A stretch of 63,289 bases of DNA, taken from NCBI GenBank assembly GCA_030765845.1, contig JAVCDJ010000028.1, positions 1-63,289 of the forward strand, written 5' to 3'. Below the pieces are notes generated by a model. The model made no database searches, was not told the DNA's origin, and was given only the letters and a program-made list of their open reading frames with translations. The position numbers and the translations under genes are program-made. Of this stretch, positions 32,499 through 40,912 are shown one piece after another (position 1 is the stretch's first letter; each line of letters begins with the position of its first letter). This stretch comes from Candidatus Stygibacter australis (GTDB taxonomy: Bacteria; Cloacimonadota; Cloacimonadia; Cloacimonadales; TCS61).

Positions 32499-32634
32499 TT
32501 CCAGTGACATTCAATAATTTAAAGAAAAACTGTCAATCTAAAAATAAGAGTGCTAACTTTTTCTCCCCCTATACGTAAACTGCCCTGAAAACACTTACCT
32601 GACTGCTCTTGATCTCCAAATGGATTTCTTGCGG

Positions 32635-32727
32635 AACAACAAAGCACGTACTCACATAAAAATGTCACTATGTGCTAAGTTGTTACTCGAGTAGTCCACT
32701 AGATGACAGTAGATGAATATAAGTGAT
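32635..32727. repeat. dispersed hairpin repeat, copy 2
   Basis: AACAACAAAGCAC...AAAATGTCACTATGTGCTAAGTTGTT; 43/50 identical to 10427-10476. Confidence 0.8.
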
Positions 32728-32886
32728 GGTGATATGGCAATTTAGCTGTTTTTTATATAAAATTAGTATTCCAAAGAGTAAAATTATAGTTACAAAAGAT
32801 GAATAATTTTGAAAAGAAACTAAATATTTACAGGAAATATTTGACAAAGTACTGGTAGAGATATAAATGAAGAAAAAGGAGTAGAA

Positions 32887-33174
32887 ATGTCAGAGAGCAA
32901 CCTTAATCAGGAAATTCGGGGGGAATATATTATTTCAGGACGGGTTCAGGGAGTAGGTTACAGGTACTTTGTTCTTCAGGCAGCTTATAAATATAATATT
33001 CGTGGAAGAATAAAAAATTTGAGCAATGGCACAGTGAGAGTGAGAGCAATAGGTAGTGATCTGCAAAGTTTTGAAAATGAGCTCTGGCAAGGGTCAGTTT
33101 TTTCTACAGTAGAGCAGGTAAAGAAATCAGAACTACCTGAATCATTGGGATATGCGGATTTCTCCATCGAATAG
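32887..33174 (+). CDS. acyP: acylphosphatase
   Basis: ISGRVQGVGYRYF...G.IKNL.NGTV.V. Confidence 0.92.
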   Translation: MSESNLNQEIRGEYIISGRVQGVGYRYFVLQAAYKYNIRGRIKNLSNGTVRVRAIGSDLQSFENELWQGSVFSTVEQVKKSELPESLGYADFSIE

Positions 33175-34099
33175 TCTTTTATTACTTCTTTTGATCACTA
33201 TTTTGGTGAATCTGTCAGGGATGAGCAGTAGACCTTTATATGTTACTCCTTCAGATAAATATTATATCGTGAAGCCCGGAGATACTCTCAGCCTGATCAC
33301 TCGTCAGTCAGGAGTTTCCGTAGCCAATTTAAAGTTATATAATAATCTTGATAGTGACAGGATTGAGATTGGTCAAAAAATCTATTATGCACCGCACCAG
33401 GCAATGAAGCGCAATTATATCACAGAACGTAAGGTGCCACCAGATGGCAGGCACACTGTATCAAAGAGTGAGGATTTACCCTTGATCGCCAAAATGTATG
33501 GTCTTGATCTGCTGGATCTCGTGCATTATAACAAGATAACCAGTTGGGAATTAACTCCCGGAGATGTGATATATCTGAACGAGAAGGGACTTGATAAAGA
33601 ATCTCTGACAGAAAAGAAGACAGAAAAAGCAGCTGTCCCCAGGCAACCGATTGCATCAACCAGTAAGCCCAAACCGAAACCAGTTAAAACCCGGGAAAAA
33701 GACAAAAGCTCCAAAGCTCCTGATATGCTTCAGCATCAACCAGTGGAAAATTATACGATCACCTGCCGTTTTAATAAAAAAGAGCGTCACCAGGGGATAG
33801 ACCTGGCAGCACCTCTGGGCACTCCAATTTATGCAGTATTAGATGGGAAAGTAATCTATTCCGGCGTACAGAAAGGTTATGGTAATCTAGTAATATTGGA
33901 GCATCCTGATCGGGTGATGACAGTCTATGCACATAATGAGGCAAATATTGTGGAAGCAGGAGAAAGCGTTCAGGCAGGAGATAAAATAGCCTCGATGGGT
34001 TCAACGGGAAGATCGACGGGAAATCATCTTCATTTTGAAATCAGAAAGGCAGGTCAACCGCTTGATCCTGAACCTTATTTAAAGATTCAAGGAAGATAG
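33152..34099 (+). CDS. LysM x2 + M23 peptidase (NlpD/MepM-like)
   Basis: YIVKPGDTLSLI LysM, second LysM-like repeat, HQGIDLAAP, YAHN, STGNHLHFE. Confidence 0.9.
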   Translation: MRISPSNSLLLLLLITILVNLSGMSSRPLYVTPSDKYYIVKPGDTLSLITRQSGVSVANLKLYNNLDSDRIEIGQKIYYAPHQAMKRNYITERKVPPDGRHTVSKSEDLPLIAKMYGLDLLDLVHYNKITSWELTPGDVIYLNEKGLDKESLTEKKTEKAAVPRQPIASTSKPKPKPVKTREKDKSSKAPDMLQHQPVENYTITCRFNKKERHQGIDLAAPLGTPIYAVLDGKVIYSGVQKGYGNLVILEHPDRVMTVYAHNEANIVEAGESVQAGDKIASMGSTGRSTGNHLHFEIRKAGQPLDPEPYLKIQGR

Positions 34100-34100
34100 A

Positions 34101-34421
34101 ATGAATGAGAAAGAATTTTATTATATAGGCGAAGTTGCTAAGCAGATAAATATCCATGAGCAGACAATACGTGAATATGAAAGGCGGGGATTGATCAAAC
34201 CTCAGCGTAGCAATCGCAATACCAGAATATTTTCCAAAAAAGACTTGCTTCAAATAGAAATAATAATCACTTTGACTCAAGAATTGGGAATAAATTTATC
34301 TGGAGTAAAGCTGGTAATGAAATTGGCAGAGATCAGCAAAATGAGTGATGATGAGCTTCTCGATTTTGTTACAGACAATATGCCTGAATTTCAGGAATTT
34401 GCCCCTAAAACAAAAAGTTGA
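34101..34421 (+). CDS. MerR-family regulator, HspR-like
   Basis: YIGEVAKQINIHEQTIREYERRGLIKPQRS..NTRIFS; ELGINLSGV fits the HspR subfamily. Confidence 0.85.
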   Translation: MNEKEFYYIGEVAKQINIHEQTIREYERRGLIKPQRSNRNTRIFSKKDLLQIEIIITLTQELGINLSGVKLVMKLAEISKMSDDELLDFVTDNMPEFQEFAPKTKS

Positions 34422-34445
34422 CGAGATAACGTATTAAGATAAAAT
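34418..34445 (+). promoter_or_regulatory. candidate sigma70 promoter of the sigma factor gene
   Basis: TTGACG-N16-TAAAAT. Confidence 0.45.
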
Positions 34446-34520
34446 TGCTGATTAGATTAGAGAAATTGGTAATTTTATCTAGGATATGGGGTATTCTGGA
34501 AGGGAATAAGGAGATGGTGA

Positions 34521-35393
34521 ATGAGTGAAAATGTGTTTGAAGATCGGGGTTTGCAATCATATTTAAATGAGATTGCGCAGGTCGATCCGTTAACACGTGA
34601 AGAGGAAGAGAAATTAGCAGTTAAAGCCCAGAAAGGTGATAAAGAAGCTATAAATAAAATTTTGACAGCAAACTTGAAGTTTGTGGTACGCGTAGCAGCA
34701 CGATATCAAAATCGTGGACTTACCTTAAGCGAATTGATAAGTGAAGGTAATCAGGGTTTGATCAAAGCCATAGAGAAATTTGAACCTGAGCGTCACAATA
34801 AATTTATTTCCTACGCTGTCTGGTGGATCAAACAGCGTATCATCAGTGCCTTAACAGAGAAAAACAATCTAATTCGTATGCCTCTTGATAAAGTAAATCT
34901 GTTGAATAAAATAAATAAACAAAAAGAAAGGACCTACAGTATTACTGGTAGTCGTCCTGATGAGCAAGAAATATCTGAAGATACTAATGTACCTCTGAAG
35001 CATATTAAAAAAGTAAAGATGCAGGAGATCAACACAGTATCTATTCATGATAAAAGCCACAGTTCACATCAGGGTCAGATTGATTTTGATAATTTTTTGA
35101 GAGATGTATCTATTGCTGATCCCAAAGAGCTTTATCTGGCAAAAAGGCGCGATAAGAAGATAGAAAGGGCATTGAACGAATTGCCGGCTCGAGATTCTTT
35201 TATAATCAGAGAATATTTTGGTCTGGAAGGTAAAAAGGGTAAAAACTTTGCCCAAATAGCCGAAGAGCTTGGTTTATCAAGGGAGCGGGTGCGTCAAATC
35301 CAGAAAAAAGCACTTGAAAGAGTGTCAGAGACATTGGATTTTGATTATGAAGATGAATTTATCTATAATACAAATTCCACTAATACACCGTAA
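34521..35393 (+). CDS. RNA polymerase sigma factor, RpoD/SigA family lacking region 1.1
   Basis: LQSYLNEI, NLKFVV.VA.RY, LISEGNQGLIKA.EKF, KFISYAVWWIKQ, LSRERVRQI. Confidence 0.93.
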   Translation: MSENVFEDRGLQSYLNEIAQVDPLTREEEEKLAVKAQKGDKEAINKILTANLKFVVRVAARYQNRGLTLSELISEGNQGLIKAIEKFEPERHNKFISYAVWWIKQRIISALTEKNNLIRMPLDKVNLLNKINKQKERTYSITGSRPDEQEISEDTNVPLKHIKKVKMQEINTVSIHDKSHSSHQGQIDFDNFLRDVSIADPKELYLAKRRDKKIERALNELPARDSFIIREYFGLEGKKGKNFAQIAEELGLSRERVRQIQKKALERVSETLDFDYEDEFIYNTNSTNTP

Positions 35394-35484
35394 CGAGGTA
35401 AATTCCGTTTGAAAGGCTTTTCTAAAGAGAGAAAAACTATACAATACAAAAGTTACGTATTCTTATGAAAAACGGAGGTTGTTC

Positions 35485-35853
35485 ATGTATAAACTGAATG
35501 TGATATCAGAATTTTCTTCAGCTCACAGGCTGGAAGGATATCAGGGAGCCTGTCATAATCTTCATGGGCATAACTGGAAAGTTCGAGTTGGCGTTCTGGC
35601 ATCCCAGGTTGATGATATCGGTATGACACTGGATTTTGGAGTGGTAAAACAACATTTAAATTCCCTGATGGCAGAGCTTGATCATGGTTATCTAAACGAA
35701 ATGGCGTGTTTTGAAGGGATGAATCCTACATCTGAGAACATTGCCAAATATATATTTAATCGTCTCAGTGAAGTGTTGAATGGGGATTTTGTCCGGGTAG
35801 CAGAAGTTGAGATCTGGGAGAGTGAACGCTCCTCAGTGGTATATTTTGAATGA
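35485..35853 (+). CDS. queD: 6-carboxytetrahydropterin synthase
   Basis: FSSAHRL...CHNLHGHNW, LDHGYLNE, PTSENIA, EIWES; ATG chosen from the GGAGG spacing. Confidence 0.93.
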   Translation: MYKLNVISEFSSAHRLEGYQGACHNLHGHNWKVRVGVLASQVDDIGMTLDFGVVKQHLNSLMAELDHGYLNEMACFEGMNPTSENIAKYIFNRLSEVLNGDFVRVAEVEIWESERSSVVYFE

Positions 35854-36455
35854 TCAGAATAGTAGAATCTGAATTTTTAACAAGTGCTGTCACGACAGAT
35901 CAGTATCCAGCCAGTCTTTTTGCTGAATTTGCCTTTGTGGGCAGGTCAAATGTTGGGAAATCTTCGCTCTTGAACACGCTTTTAAACCGTAAAGCACTGG
36001 CAAAAGTTAGTGGACAACCAGGAAAAACCCGATTGGTGAATTTCTTTAAGGTAAGGTTCAAGGCAGAAGAAGAGGATGGATTTTTCACGTTAGTGGATCT
36101 CCCTGGATATGGTTTTGCCAAAGTGAGTAAAACGGAACGTGATAAATGGAAAGTAATGATCAATGAGTATTTCAGCACCCGTTTACAGTTACAGGCAGTA
36201 TTTGTACTCGTGGATATTCGTCATAAAGCAGATCCCAAAGATATTGATGTAATCCGCATGCTGTCTGAAATTGGTAAAACCTGCTGTGTTATAGCCACAA
36301 AAAGTGATAAAATAGCCATTTCCAAACAACCGGCAAGGTTGCGTGAATTAAGATCTGGATTAGGATTGCAGCAGGAAAAGATATTTGCCTTCTCTGCTTT
36401 GAAGAAAAAAGGTGTTAATGAAGTCCTAAAATGGCTTGATAGTATCGTAACTTAG
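35850..36455 (+). CDS. engB: ribosome biogenesis GTPase YihA/EngB
   Basis: EFAFVGRSNVGKSSL, PGKTRLVNFF, VDLPGYGFAKVS, TKSDK. Confidence 0.96.
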   Translation: MIRIVESEFLTSAVTTDQYPASLFAEFAFVGRSNVGKSSLLNTLLNRKALAKVSGQPGKTRLVNFFKVRFKAEEEDGFFTLVDLPGYGFAKVSKTERDKWKVMINEYFSTRLQLQAVFVLVDIRHKADPKDIDVIRMLSEIGKTCCVIATKSDKIAISKQPARLRELRSGLGLQQEKIFAFSALKKKGVNEVLKWLDSIVT

Positions 36456-36472
36456 GAATAAGAGGTTTTTTA

Positions 36473-38341
36473 ATGATATTAGAAAAGATAACCAGCCCGG
36501 AAATGATAAAGAAATTAAGTATCAGTGAATTACGGGCTTTGGCAGAAGAAGTGCGTAAACGCATTATTGAAGTAACTGCCAAAAATGGGGGACATATAGC
36601 TCCCAGTCTGGGAGCAACAGACCTGGCAATAGCACTGCTGCACGTTTTTGTACCAGACCAGGACAGGATAGTGTGGGATGTGGGACATCAAAGCTATGCC
36701 TATAAAATTTTAACAGGTCGTAATGACAGATTTGACACTTTACGTGAATATGGCGGTATAAGTGGATTCAATCGGATAAGTGAAAGCAAATATGATGCTT
36801 TTGGAGTGGGGCACAGCAGTACATCAATCTCAGCAGCTCTGGGGATCACCATGGCAAAAGAATGTCTGCAAGAACCGGGTCTGGCAATTGCGGTGATCGG
36901 TGATGGAGCACTTACGGGCGGAATGGCATTTGAAGCCTTAAATCATGCCGGGCACCTTAATAAGAATCTGATTGTAATATTGAATGATAATAATATGTCA
37001 ATTTCACCCAATGTGGGAGCATTGCAGAAATATTTTGCTGATTTTCTGGTGAGCAGGTCATATAATAAGTTAAAAGGTAAAATCTGGGATATTTTGCAGA
37101 ATCTGCCTGCTTCAGATCATAATAAACGGAGGATTTTACATTTTGCTCAGAAATTTGAGGGGAATATTGTTAGTACCTTTGCCCCGAATATAATTTTTGA
37201 GGATATGGGTTTTAAATATGCAGGACCAATTGATGGACATAATATTGCCCAACTCACCCGTACTTTCCGCAGAGCACGTGATAATATGGAAGGCCCCGTT
37301 CTTTTGCATGTGATTACCCGCAAAGGTAAGGGTTATGTACCCGCAGAAGCAAATGCCGCCAAATTTCATGGATTGGGACCATTTCAAGTGGAAACTGGTG
37401 AGTGCCTTAGTAAATCTGAAGTTACTTATTCAAGGGTATTTGGAAATAAATTAACTGAGCTTGCCCGGGAGAATGAGCGCATCGTGGCTATTACGGCAGC
37501 GATGACCGATGGTACGGGATTATCTGAATTTGCCAAAGAATTTCCAGACCGGTTTTTTGATGTAGGAATTGCTGAACAGCATGCAGTCACCTTTGCAGCA
37601 GGTTTTGCTACTCGCAAAATGAAACCAGTTGTGGCTATATATTCCACTTTTATGCAAAGAGCTTATGATCAATTGATCCATGACGTGGCTTTGCAGAAAT
37701 TGCCAGTAGTGTTCTGTCTTGATAGAGCAGGACTGGTGGGAGAAGATGGGGCAACGCATCATGGCAGTTTTGATATCTCATATCTGGGATTGATACCTGA
37801 TCTTGTGGTTATGGCACCCAGCAGCAGCGATGAGTTGGAAAAAATGCTTTCCTTTGCCTGCAATTATGAGTCTGGTCCTGTGGCAATCCGTTATGCTCGT
37901 GGCTTAGCACCACTATGCAATTCAAGAGAAGCAGAGATCATTCTGGGGAAATCAGTCGTAGTATCTGAAGGTGAAAAGGTTGCAGTGATTGGAGTTGGAA
38001 ATTATTTCTTTGAGGCAGAAAAACTGGTGAAGATGATCAGGGATAAATATCAAATTGAACCTGTATTGATCGATCCCCGTTTTATCAAACCCCTTGATAC
38101 CGAATTGCTTGAAAATTTGAAATCCCAAGTGGACATTGTGATAACTCTTGAAGATAATGCCTTGAAAGGTGGTTTTGGTATGAATATCAGTAATTACTAT
38201 TGTAATACCGACATCAAGGTATATTCATTTGGTCTTCCGGATGAATTTATTACCCATGGCAAAATAGCAATTCTTAAATCCCATTATGGTTTGGAAGCGA
38301 CTCACATTTTTAAAGAGCTTGAAGAGAAGGACATATTTTAG
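36473..38341 (+). CDS. dxs: 1-deoxy-D-xylulose-5-phosphate synthase
   Basis: WDVGHQSY.YKILTGR, GHSSTSISA, GDGALTGGMAFEALN, GIAEQHAVT, DRAGLVGEDG.TH. Confidence 0.98.
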   Translation: MILEKITSPEMIKKLSISELRALAEEVRKRIIEVTAKNGGHIAPSLGATDLAIALLHVFVPDQDRIVWDVGHQSYAYKILTGRNDRFDTLREYGGISGFNRISESKYDAFGVGHSSTSISAALGITMAKECLQEPGLAIAVIGDGALTGGMAFEALNHAGHLNKNLIVILNDNNMSISPNVGALQKYFADFLVSRSYNKLKGKIWDILQNLPASDHNKRRILHFAQKFEGNIVSTFAPNIIFEDMGFKYAGPIDGHNIAQLTRTFRRARDNMEGPVLLHVITRKGKGYVPAEANAAKFHGLGPFQVETGECLSKSEVTYSRVFGNKLTELARENERIVAITAAMTDGTGLSEFAKEFPDRFFDVGIAEQHAVTFAAGFATRKMKPVVAIYSTFMQRAYDQLIHDVALQKLPVVFCLDRAGLVGEDGATHHGSFDISYLGLIPDLVVMAPSSSDELEKMLSFACNYESGPVAIRYARGLAPLCNSREAEIILGKSVVVSEGEKVAVIGVGNYFFEAEKLVKMIRDKYQIEPVLIDPRFIKPLDTELLENLKSQVDIVITLEDNALKGGFGMNISNYYCNTDIKVYSFGLPDEFITHGKIAILKSHYGLEATHIFKELEEKDIF

Positions 38342-38342
38342 A

Positions 38343-39698
38343 GTGAATTTTAATCAGGATACAATAGCTGCTCAATCGACTGCTGCCGGTAAGGGAGCAA
38401 TCCATATAATTCGTTTGAGTGGAGCTGATGCCATCAAGATTTGTGATAAAATATTCAAAGCCCAAAAAACTTTGGCAGAAACTCCCAGCCGCTATGCGAC
38501 TTTTGGCAAGATATATGCTTGTGAACAATTAATTGATGAAGTGCTTATTACAGTATTTCGAGCTCCTGACAGTTATACCGGTGAAGATGTTGTGGAAATA
38601 TCCTGCCATGGCAATCAATATATTGCAGCTCAGATACTGGAAAATATCCTTCAATTTGCCCGTCTGGCTGATCCTGGAGAATTTACACAACGAGCCTTTC
38701 TGAATAATAAACTTGATCTTACCCAGGCAGAAGCTGTGGGAGACCTGCTTTCTGCATCTACGCGCTTTTCACATAAAACTGCTATTGATCAGATGGAGGG
38801 CCGGCTCAAACAGAAGATCAGTAATATTTTAGATATTATTACTGAGATCCGCATTGCGCTGGAATTAGAGATAGATTTTCCTGAAGATTATCAGGAATCA
38901 ATTTCTTTAGAGGATATTGAAACTAAGATTTCCAGATTAAAAAAAGACCTGGAAATGCTAGTGAAAAGCGGTAGAGATGGAATGATCTTGAGGAATGGTT
39001 ACAGGGTAAGTCTGGTGGGAAGACCTAATGTTGGTAAATCAAGTATTTTTAATGCTCTGCTTGATTCAGAAAGAGCTATTGTCACACCAGTGCCGGGAAC
39101 AACCAGAGACTATTTGGAAGAGGCTATTGCTTTATCTGGTTTTTTGATTGTTTTTTATGATACTGCAGGATTGCGGGATTCGGAAGATGCTCTGGAAAAA
39201 CTGGGAATGGCTCGCAGTATGGGTATAATTGATAAATCTGACCTGGTGATCTATGTAACTGATTCTGAAATGCAGGATAATGAGATAAATAAATTAGAAG
39301 AGACAGTAAAAAATAAAAAACTGCTCAAAGTACTTAATAAAACTGATATTATTGCACCTACCCTTATCAGTGAATACCTCCGGCAGGATTATATACCATG
39401 TTCAACGGTTATCTCAGATGGACTAAATGAGCTTAAAACTGCCATATTACAGGAAATCAATATCAAACCGGAGGAATTTAAGGTTCCACCTTTGACTAAT
39501 ACGCGTCAACTTGCTGCTGCCAGAAAAGCTCTAAATGAATTGCTGCAGTTTCAGGAAACCTTGAAATCTGAAGGAAGTATTGAGTTCTTGGCTTTTGATC
39601 TTTTGCAGGTAAGTAAGGCACTTGAAGAGATCACGGGAGTGATAACCACAGATGATATTCTGGATAAAATTTTCTCCAGTTATTGTATTGGTAAATAG
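38343..39698 (+). CDS. mnmE: tRNA modification GTPase MnmE/TrmE
   Basis: DTIAA, GEFTQRAFLNNKLDLTQAE, GRPNVGKSS, PGTTRD, DTAGLR, IFSSYCIGK; GTG start at 38343 after the dxs stop. Confidence 0.97.
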   Translation: MNFNQDTIAAQSTAAGKGAIHIIRLSGADAIKICDKIFKAQKTLAETPSRYATFGKIYACEQLIDEVLITVFRAPDSYTGEDVVEISCHGNQYIAAQILENILQFARLADPGEFTQRAFLNNKLDLTQAEAVGDLLSASTRFSHKTAIDQMEGRLKQKISNILDIITEIRIALELEIDFPEDYQESISLEDIETKISRLKKDLEMLVKSGRDGMILRNGYRVSLVGRPNVGKSSIFNALLDSERAIVTPVPGTTRDYLEEAIALSGFLIVFYDTAGLRDSEDALEKLGMARSMGIIDKSDLVIYVTDSEMQDNEINKLEETVKNKKLLKVLNKTDIIAPTLISEYLRQDYIPCSTVISDGLNELKTAILQEINIKPEEFKVPPLTNTRQLAAARKALNELLQFQETLKSEGSIEFLAFDLLQVSKALEEITGVITTDDILDKIFSSYCIGK

Positions 39699-39832
39699 AT
39701 GCATCCGGGAGCATTCACTAAATTTAATTGACAGTTATTGTAAGAAATTTTAATCAAATACTGGGTGATGAAGATGATTTTTCAGCTACTGAGGTTATCT
39801 TTAAGAATTGGAAAAAAAGAGGAAAAATTAAA

Positions 39833-40912
39833 ATGAAAATTGGATTAATCGGTTTACAAAACTCAGGAAAAACCACAATATTTAATGCCCTTACAGGTTT
39901 GGAAGCAGAAGTTACCTCATATAGCAGTCAAAAGCTTGAACCTAATATTGGAGTGGTGGAAGTTCCAGATGAAAGAATTGATTGGCTTTCAGATCATTAT
40001 CAACCCAAGAAAACAATATATACTCATATAGAATTCACTGATTTTGCTGGACTAAATTCCGGCAGTAAGGATGGCGAAGCGTTCTCAGCAGAATCTTTAG
40101 GTTTGATAAAAACCTCAGAAGCACTTGCGCTGGTGATCAGAAATTTCAATGATGAAATTATCGCTCAAAGCCAGGGTGATCCCGATCCCTTATCAGATAT
40201 TGAACAGATCATGGAAGATATGATTATCAGCGATATGATCATTGTTGAAAAAAGACTGGAAAGGATCGTGAAAGATAAAAAAAGAGGTGTTAATCTGGCA
40301 GAATTGCAGATAGAAGAACACATTCTCTCCCGGATCAGTGAACAGCTGAATAATTCCACACCAGTGCGAGACCTGGAATTTAGTGTTGAAGAAGCAAAGG
40401 CGATCAGGGGATTCAGATTGCTTACCGAGAAGCCAATTATGATAATCCTGAATTCTGATGAAAATAATTTCGGAAAAAATGATGATCTTATTAATAAAAT
40501 AGAAGAAAATTATCGTGTTATTGAATTAGCAGGTAATTTTGAAATGGAATTAAGCAAACTAGACAGCGAAGAAGCTGAGATGTTCATGGAAGATATGAAT
40601 ATAAGCGAATCTGCTGTTAACCGCTTAATTAGATTTTCTTATGATATGCTTGGATTGATCAGCTTTTTTACTGTTGGTAAAGATGAAGTGAGAGCCTGGA
40701 CAATCACGCGGGGTGATAATGCTGTTCTGGCTGCTGGAAAAATTCACTCAGATCTTGCTCGTGGCTTCATCCGGGCAGAGTGTTTTCATTATGAAAAACT
40801 TAAGGAACTAGGTTCGGAAAAAGCATTAAGAGAAAAAGGACTCTTCAGGTTGGAGGGCAAAAATTACATCGTACAAGATGGGGATGTTATTAATATAAGG
40901 TTTAGTGTGTGA
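39833..40912 (+). CDS. ychF: Obg-family ATPase YchF
   Basis: MKIGLIGLQNSGKTTIFNALT, DFAGL, AGKIHSDLARGFIRAE, EGKNYIVQDGD; start moved to ATG 39833. Confidence 0.93.
   Translation: MKIGLIGLQNSGKTTIFNALTGLEAEVTSYSSQKLEPNIGVVEVPDERIDWLSDHYQPKKTIYTHIEFTDFAGLNSGSKDGEAFSAESLGLIKTSEALALVIRNFNDEIIAQSQGDPDPLSDIEQIMEDMIISDMIIVEKRLERIVKDKKRGVNLAELQIEEHILSRISEQLNNSTPVRDLEFSVEEAKAIRGFRLLTEKPIMIILNSDENNFGKNDDLINKIEENYRVIELAGNFEMELSKLDSEEAEMFMEDMNISESAVNRLIRFSYDMLGLISFFTVGKDEVRAWTITRGDNAVLAAGKIHSDLARGFIRAECFHYEKLKELGSEKALREKGLFRLEGKNYIVQDGDVINIRFSV

Noticed and set aside
35411-35445. preQ1-I riboswitch upstream of queD (AAAAACTA tail present)
   Set aside because: The only possible P1 (CTTT/AAAG) closes a 3-nt loop; the required ~10-12-nt loop with the ligand-pairing C is absent.
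39728-39832. 35-aa N-terminal extension of YchF (also the extended starts of mnmE and rsmG)
   Set aside because: Homology begins at downstream starts (ATG 39833, GTG 38343, ATG 24459); the YchF extension starts on a TTGACA promoter-like hexamer and the mnmE extension overlaps dxs.
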